Sequence record: SRR20825006_2360 | DNA length: 33,256 nucleotides | Strand: one strand, 5' to 3' | In this document: one piece after another, positions 28,347-33,256 of the stretch | How positions within the stretch are numbered: position 1 is the stretch's first letter | Layout of the letters: every line of letters begins with the position of its first letter | Program-made: the position numbers and the translations under genes | Notes under the pieces: generated by a model | Told to the model about the DNA's origin: nothing | Seen by the model: the letters and a program-made list of their open reading frames with translations, nothing else | Databases searched by the model: none

Positions 28347-29333
28347 ATGAAGTTCCGAAGATTAGGCAAAACCAACCTTAAAATTTCTGAAATCTCGCTA
28401 GGCACTTGGCAAGTGGGCGGTAAATGGGGTTCTGGTTTTGACGATAACAAAGCTGAGCATATAATTAATACGGCAATAGATCAAGGCATCAATTTTATTG
28501 ACACTGCTGATGTTTATGAAAACGGACTGAGCGAAGCCGCGGTGGGCCGCGTGGTACGCAGCAGATCTGAAGAGGTTTATGTCGCTACCAAATGCGGTAG
28601 ACAAATCACTCCTCACGTTGATGCAGGCTATACCATAAAAGCTTTGCGCAAGTACGTTGATGATAGTCTGAAAAACACAGGTTTAGAACGTCTAGATTTG
28701 ATTCAGTTGCATTGTCCGCCGACAGATACATTTTACCGTCCGGAAATTTTCAGACTTTTTGAAGACCTCAAGCAAGAAGGAAAAATTGCTAATCTTGGTG
28801 TAAGCGTAGAAAAAGTAGAAGAAGGTTTGAAAGCGATGCAATACGACAATGTCGCTTCGGTACAGATCATCTTTAATGTATTTAGACAGCGCCCTGCGGA
28901 ATTGTTTTTTCGCGAAGCGGAAAAAAATGATATTGGTATTATCGTAAGGGTTCCTTTAGCCAGCGGACTACTCACAGGTAAGTTTGATCAAAACTCCTCA
29001 TTTGACAAAGAAGATCACCGAAACTTTAACCGAAACGGAGAAGCTTTTGATAAAGGAGAAACCTTTAGCGGTATCGACTTTAAAACCGGCCTTCAAGCCG
29101 TAGATGAATTGAAAAGCATTTTCCCTAAGGTTGAAAACCTTGCTCCTGTAGCGCTTCAATGGATCTTACAACATCCACAAGTAAGCACTATTATTCCCGG
29201 AGCTTCAAAGGTTGAGCATTTGATGTCAAATCTTTCGCTTTATGAGCGACCTGATCTGACTTCCGAAAAAATTAATAAGATGAATGCGATTTATGCTGAA
29301 AAGATTAAACCGCTTGTACATCAAAAATGGTAA
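28347..29333 (+). CDS. Aldo/keto reductase
   Basis: RRLGKT.LKISEISLGTW, GINFIDTADVY, ATKCG, LDLIQLH, PLASGLLTGK, IIPGAS. Confidence 0.92.
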   Translation: MKFRRLGKTNLKISEISLGTWQVGGKWGSGFDDNKAEHIINTAIDQGINFIDTADVYENGLSEAAVGRVVRSRSEEVYVATKCGRQITPHVDAGYTIKALRKYVDDSLKNTGLERLDLIQLHCPPTDTFYRPEIFRLFEDLKQEGKIANLGVSVEKVEEGLKAMQYDNVASVQIIFNVFRQRPAELFFREAEKNDIGIIVRVPLASGLLTGKFDQNSSFDKEDHRNFNRNGEAFDKGETFSGIDFKTGLQAVDELKSIFPKVENLAPVALQWILQHPQVSTIIPGASKVEHLMSNLSLYERPDLTSEKINKMNAIYAEKIKPLVHQKW

Positions 29334-29345
29334 AACCAAAAACTA

Positions 29346-29648
29346 ATGACAACCCCAACTAAAAAAGGAAATCTTTACAAACTAAGTTTAGAACAACTTA
29401 GTGTATTAAAAGAAGAAAAACGCGTTGATGATGCACTAGAATTGGAATTCTCAAACCACGACGAACTCTTTGAAATTATTAAGCTTGTAAAAACAAAACA
29501 GCTTTTTGCTACCGCTGAAGAATCAACAGAATTTGCACTCGGACTTAAATTATTCACTGAAGTTATGCTGCGCAACAAGAAGCACCCTTTGTTTGAAGAT
29601 TTGAGACCGCACATCGTAGATTTTATGAAAAAACTGAAGAGCTCTTAA
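29346..29648 (+). CDS. Small conserved protein, DUF3861-like
   Basis: LEFSNHDELFEII, FALGLKLFTEVML..KKHPLF, FMKKLK pattern; family recalled, not searched. Confidence 0.7.
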   Translation: MTTPTKKGNLYKLSLEQLSVLKEEKRVDDALELEFSNHDELFEIIKLVKTKQLFATAEESTEFALGLKLFTEVMLRNKKHPLFEDLRPHIVDFMKKLKSS

Positions 29649-29675
29649 TGACGAGCTTCAAGTTGAGTAAAAAGG

Positions 29676-29704
29676 AAAGCGACCCGGTCAGGTCGCTTTT
29701 TTTT
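29676..29704. terminator. Intrinsic terminator between the convergent DUF3861-like and GNAT genes (part of repeat copy B)
   Basis: AAAGCGACC-CGGTCA-GGTCGC followed by T8. Confidence 0.8.
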
Positions 29705-29797
29705 GGCGCCACCAAAGGGTTAATAACCTTAGGCTTGCCTCGAAATTGAAAATTAGTTTCCAGCCTATGCTTCACGGGCTTGCCCTGAGGTAGTTTA
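29676..29797 (-). repeat. Copy B of the ~125-bp dispersed repeat (MITE/REP-like), better preserved
   Basis: Minus strand TAAACTACCTCAGGGCAAGCCCGTG...CGAGGCAAGCCT...ACCCTTTGGTGGCGCC-A8-GCGACC; homologous to 2520-2648. Confidence 0.7.
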
Positions 29798-30268
29798 TTA
29801 TAATATTTTGCCGTATTTGGTTAGATCCGGAGTAAAACCTAAAGATTGATAAAGCTTTCTGGCTTTCTTATTATCGTCAAAGACATTCAGCGTTAATAGA
29901 CTGTAGCCACAATCTTTAGTCCATTCTTCTGCTTTTTGCATCAGCATTTTACCAATGCCTCTGCCGCGAGCTTCAGGTGCCACAATGATATCAGCAATAT
30001 GGCCGTGAGGTTCTCTGTGATAATAGTCGGTGCCTATTTCCAAAAAAATAAAACCCAATCTCTGATTATCCTGAGCATCTTCAGCGATAAAAATAGCATT
30101 ATCCTTATTACCCTCCTCTATTTCAGCTTTTAAAATACGTTGATCAATATCAAGCATTACTTCTGGATCGCGCCAATGGGGTAATTCCGGATCCATTAGA
30201 CTCGGTAGAAGGTTTAATATAAAATCTGTATCACTTTTGGTGACGCGTCTAATGTTTACTTTAGGCAT
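29798..30268 (-). CDS. GNAT family N-acetyltransferase
   Basis: IIVAPEARGRGIGKMLM, L.LNVFDDNKKARKLYQSLGF. Confidence 0.9.
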   Translation of the reverse strand: MPKVNIRRVTKSDTDFILNLLPSLMDPELPHWRDPEVMLDIDQRILKAEIEEGNKDNAIFIAEDAQDNQRLGFIFLEIGTDYYHREPHGHIADIIVAPEARGRGIGKMLMQKAEEWTKDCGYSLLTLNVFDDNKKARKLYQSLGFTPDLTKYGKIL

Positions 30269-30336
30269 TATAAGGTTGGTTTAAAAGTTGGATTTTTTAG
30301 AAAATTAGTCAATTAAACAGAAATTGTGCTTATAGC

Positions 30337-31698
30337 TTATGAGTAGCTGTTGAAATACACCGTCTTTTTATTTACAAACTCCTTGATACCATCTTCAGAA
30401 AGTTCCCTACCGTAACCCGAGATTTTGGTTCCACCAAAAGGCAATCTAGGATCACTTTTAACTAATTCATTTACAAAAACAGCTCCGTCATCAAAGAGCG
30501 GGATCAGTTTTTTAGCCTTTTCAAAGTCTTCAGTAAAAATAGAAACCCCTAATCCAAAGTTTGAAGAATTTACCAAATAAACCGCTTCGTCTTCATTTTT
30601 AAATGTTGTGATCCCAATGACAGGACCAAAAGTTTCCTCCTTAAAAATTGGCATTGAAGGGGTAACATTAGTGACTACTGTAGGTTCAAAATACGCACCA
30701 TCACGCTTTCCTCCTACTAAAATAACCGCGCCTTGTTTTACACTTTTAGTTAACTGCTCGTGCAATTCTTCGGCAAGATCTTCCCGCGCCATTACTCCTA
30801 TAAAAGTTTCTTCATCTGCAGGATCACCGCTTTTAAGCTTTCGCACTTCTTCTACAAATTTTTGGGTGAATTCTTCAGCGATATTTTTATGCAAAAGCAA
30901 ACGCTTCCCTGCAATACAGCTTTGCCCCGTATTTTGAAAACGCGCCTGAACTGCAGTTTTTACCGCTTCTTCCATATTACAATCTTCAAAAACCACAAGA
31001 GCGTTACTTCCTCCTAATTCTAAAACAGATTTTTTAATTTCGTTTCCGGCAACTGACGCCACAGCGCTTCCTGCAGGTTTACTTCCTGTTAAAGTCACTG
31101 CTTTAACCTTTGGGTTCTTTATTATGCTTTCTACTTTAGCGCTAGCAATAGGAAGATTAGTAAAGCAACCTTTAGGAAAACCGGCACGTTCAAAAACCTT
31201 CTGAATGTTCTGAGCGCTTCCCATCACATTACTCGCGTGCTTTAAAATACCTATATTTCCTGCCATTAAAGCCGGAGCGGCAAACCTAAAGACTTGCCAA
31301 AAGGGGTAATTCCAAGGCATTACCGCAAGCACTACGCCTAAGGGCTCATAGCTTACATAGCTCTCCACCGCATCGGTCTCAATGCTTTTAGACGCGAGAT
31401 GCTTAGGTGCATTTTCTGCATAATACTCACAAACCCACGCGCATTTTTCAACCTCAGCAATGGCTTGTTTAATAGGTTTTCCCATTTCTAAAGAAATGGT
31501 TTTAGCGTAAGCTTCTTTGTGTTCTTTAAGATCAGCTGCAGCCGCCTGCATTAAAGCAGTCCGCTCTGCAAAGGTTGTTTTTCGCCAAGAAAGAAAACGC
31601 TCGTGCGCGATTTCTATATGTTCAACAAGTTCGGCTTTAGTTAATTCTTTTACTTCAGATATAACCTCTTGGTTATAAGGATTTATGGACGTTATCAT
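30337..31698 (-). CDS. NAD(P)-dependent succinate-semialdehyde dehydrogenase-like aldehyde dehydrogenase (Sad/GabD1 type)
   Basis: SINP, EMGKP, PLGVVLAVMPWNYPFWQVFR, LELGGS, NTGQSCIAGKR, EETFGP, SDPRLPFGG.K.SGYGREL. Confidence 0.88.
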   Translation of the reverse strand: MITSINPYNQEVISEVKELTKAELVEHIEIAHERFLSWRKTTFAERTALMQAAAADLKEHKEAYAKTISLEMGKPIKQAIAEVEKCAWVCEYYAENAPKHLASKSIETDAVESYVSYEPLGVVLAVMPWNYPFWQVFRFAAPALMAGNIGILKHASNVMGSAQNIQKVFERAGFPKGCFTNLPIASAKVESIIKNPKVKAVTLTGSKPAGSAVASVAGNEIKKSVLELGGSNALVVFEDCNMEEAVKTAVQARFQNTGQSCIAGKRLLLHKNIAEEFTQKFVEEVRKLKSGDPADEETFIGVMAREDLAEELHEQLTKSVKQGAVILVGGKRDGAYFEPTVVTNVTPSMPIFKEETFGPVIGITTFKNEDEAVYLVNSSNFGLGVSIFTEDFEKAKKLIPLFDDGAVFVNELVKSDPRLPFGGTKISGYGRELSEDGIKEFVNKKTVYFNSYS

Positions 31699-31857
31699 GA
31701 TTTTTTGTCAGTATTTTCCTAAAATTAAAGAATGATGAACAAATAATATGGTCGATTAAGAGCACTTTAACCCTAATTGTTTATAAGTAGTTTACAACTC
31801 TTTAAAGCGCATTACACAAGCTTCTTTAATATGTGTAATTTTAGAAAACTTCACGCT

Positions 31858-32262
31858 ATGAATTCTAGAGATTCCCAATTACTAGCACTTAGACCAGAAA
31901 TTTTATCCGCCCGAGTTGATGACACGATGAGTGCAGATGAGCAATTTCAAAACGGAACTTTGCGCCCTGTGGTCAAACTTCAAAATGAGCTCCTGCTTGA
32001 AGCTTTTCGCAACTATATTAAAAAGCACAAAAATGTTTTTTACACATTGAATATAGACCGAAGAATGCAATACATAGAGAATGCCATTCAAAAGGACATC
32101 AAGTTCAGAAACAGCCTAAAAGGTATGGTGATCGGTCAATTTACTGTAGAAGAATATCAGAAATATATTCAGAATTCTTCGGCATTAAATAAACGAATGA
32201 TGAATTTGGTAAAAGAGCGTATTCAAAGTAATATTCAGCTGCTGGAAAGAGAGTTGGTTTAA
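31858..32262 (+). CDS. Conserved hypothetical protein
   Basis: Open frame with protein-like composition (EQFQNGTLRPVVKLQN, LKGMVIGQFT.EEY); ATG at 31858 preferred over TTG at 31777; followed by a terminator. Confidence 0.75.
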   Translation: MNSRDSQLLALRPEILSARVDDTMSADEQFQNGTLRPVVKLQNELLLEAFRNYIKKHKNVFYTLNIDRRMQYIENAIQKDIKFRNSLKGMVIGQFTVEEYQKYIQNSSALNKRMMNLVKERIQSNIQLLERELV

Positions 32263-32315
32263 TTATAGCGAATAGATCAAGATACCGCCAGTAAGGACGA
32301 AAATAAATATCTAAT

Positions 32316-32352
32316 AAAAAATCCCTTTGATAATGTTACCAAAGGGATTTTT
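32316..32352. terminator. Bidirectional intrinsic terminator between the hypothetical gene and ychF
   Basis: AAAAATCCCTTTG-N10-CAAAGGGATTTTT. Confidence 0.85.
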
Positions 32353-32404
32353 CGATTTATAGATTTTGTAGCCTGCCTACTCCAATAGTAATCGGAAAAA
32401 TGAT

Positions 32405-33256
32405 TTATACATTAAATAGGAAGTGCATTATATCACCATCCTTTACAATGTAGTTTTTACCTTCTACACCCATTTTACCGGCTTCCTTTACTTTAGTTTC
32501 ACTTCCGTAGGAAACATAATCTTCATAAGCGATTACTTCAGCTCTAATAAAGCCTTTTTCAAAATCGGTATGAATAACTCCGGCTGCCTGAGGTGCTGTT
32601 GAACCAATTTTAGTAGTCCACGCACGCACTTCTTTTTTTCCGGCAGTAAAATAGGTTTGCTGATTAAGCAGTTTATAGGCGGTACGAATTAGTTTTGAAG
32701 AACCCGGCTCCTCAAGACCGATATCTTGTAAAAACATCTGGCGCTCTTCATAGTCGTCTAGTTCGTTGATATCTGCTTCGGTACCTACGGCAAGCACAAG
32801 CACTTCTGCATTTTCTTCTTTAACGGCTTCACGAACCTGATCTACATATTTATTACCGCTTACTGCAGCATTTTCATCTACATTACACACATACATCACA
32901 GGTTTGTCTGTAATAAACTGAAGTGGTTTTACAAACTCTGCGTAATCTTCTTCAGAAAAATCTACTGCTCGTACTGACTTTCCTTGCTCTAGTGCTTCTT
33001 TAATCTGCGCAAGCACTGACTCTTCTTTTTGAGCTTCTTTATTTCCGGTACGCGCTGCTTTTTTAACTTTCTCAAGTTTCTTTTCAACGGTTTCCAGATC
33101 TTTAAGTTGAAGCTCTATATCTATAGTTTCTTTATCGCGAATTGGGTTTACACTCCCGTCAACGTGTACGATGTTATCATTATCAAAACAGCGCAAAACA
33201 TGTAAAATTGCATCGGTTTCTCTAATATTTCCTAAAAACTGATTTCCTAAACCTTC
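32405..33256 (-). CDS. ychF: Redox-regulated ATPase YchF (5'-truncated by window edge)
   Basis: Frame open to the window end (EGLGNQFLGNIRETDAILHVLRCF); KPVMYVCNV, YFTAGKKEVRAW, APQAAGVIHTDFEKGFIRAEV, YIVKDGD. Confidence 0.96.
   Translation of the reverse strand, partial: EGLGNQFLGNIRETDAILHVLRCFDNDNIVHVDGSVNPIRDKETIDIELQLKDLETVEKKLEKVKKAARTGNKEAQKEESVLAQIKEALEQGKSVRAVDFSEEDYAEFVKPLQFITDKPVMYVCNVDENAAVSGNKYVDQVREAVKEENAEVLVLAVGTEADINELDDYEERQMFLQDIGLEEPGSSKLIRTAYKLLNQQTYFTAGKKEVRAWTTKIGSTAPQAAGVIHTDFEKGFIRAEVIAYEDYVSYGSETKVKEAGKMGVEGKNYIVKDGDIMHFLFNV

Noticed and set aside
28163-28381. 72-aa plus-strand ORF between ilvD and the aldo/keto reductase
   Set aside because: TTG start, spans the divergent promoter region, overlaps the reductase out of frame, no recognisable motif.
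358-32091. Many 60-163 aa antisense or overlapping ORFs in the track (e.g. 358-723, 5472-5774, 26104-26595, 30608-30937)
   Set aside because: They are shadows of well-supported housekeeping genes, with no independent motifs or expression signals.

Overview
AT-rich bacterial chromosome segment, most likely Flavobacteriaceae (Bacteroidota), judged from protein similarity and a perfect TTTG-N21-TAnnTTTG promoter. It is mostly amino-acid biosynthesis: the end of leuC-leuD-leuB (+); an SRPBCC gene and a small ORF + RND efflux (adaptor-permease-TolC) unit (-); an arginine operon GNAT(argA-like)-argG-argC-proC-argD-argF'-argB-argE-argH (-); gapN; ilvD-ilvB-ilvN-ilvC-ilvA (-); then aldo/keto reductase, a small conserved protein, a GNAT, an SSADH-type aldehyde dehydrogenase, a hypothetical and partial ychF. 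The most interesting signal is missing from the ORF track: a 45-codon uORF (19041-19178, -) ending V-R-R-R-E-R-R-R-P-stop, 95 nt upstream of the arg operon. It is followed by a C-rich, G-poor tract rather than an intrinsic terminator, so it is a candidate arginine-sensing leader peptide. Also seen: a classical ilv attenuator, a transcarbamylase with a succinyl-type specificity residue, a candidate secreted leader ORF before the RND pump, two degenerate copies of a ~125-bp terminator-bearing repeat, three ATTYCC-N8-GGRAAT REP-like palindromes and a 7x7-nt tandem repeat. All calls are from reading the sequence; no searches were run.
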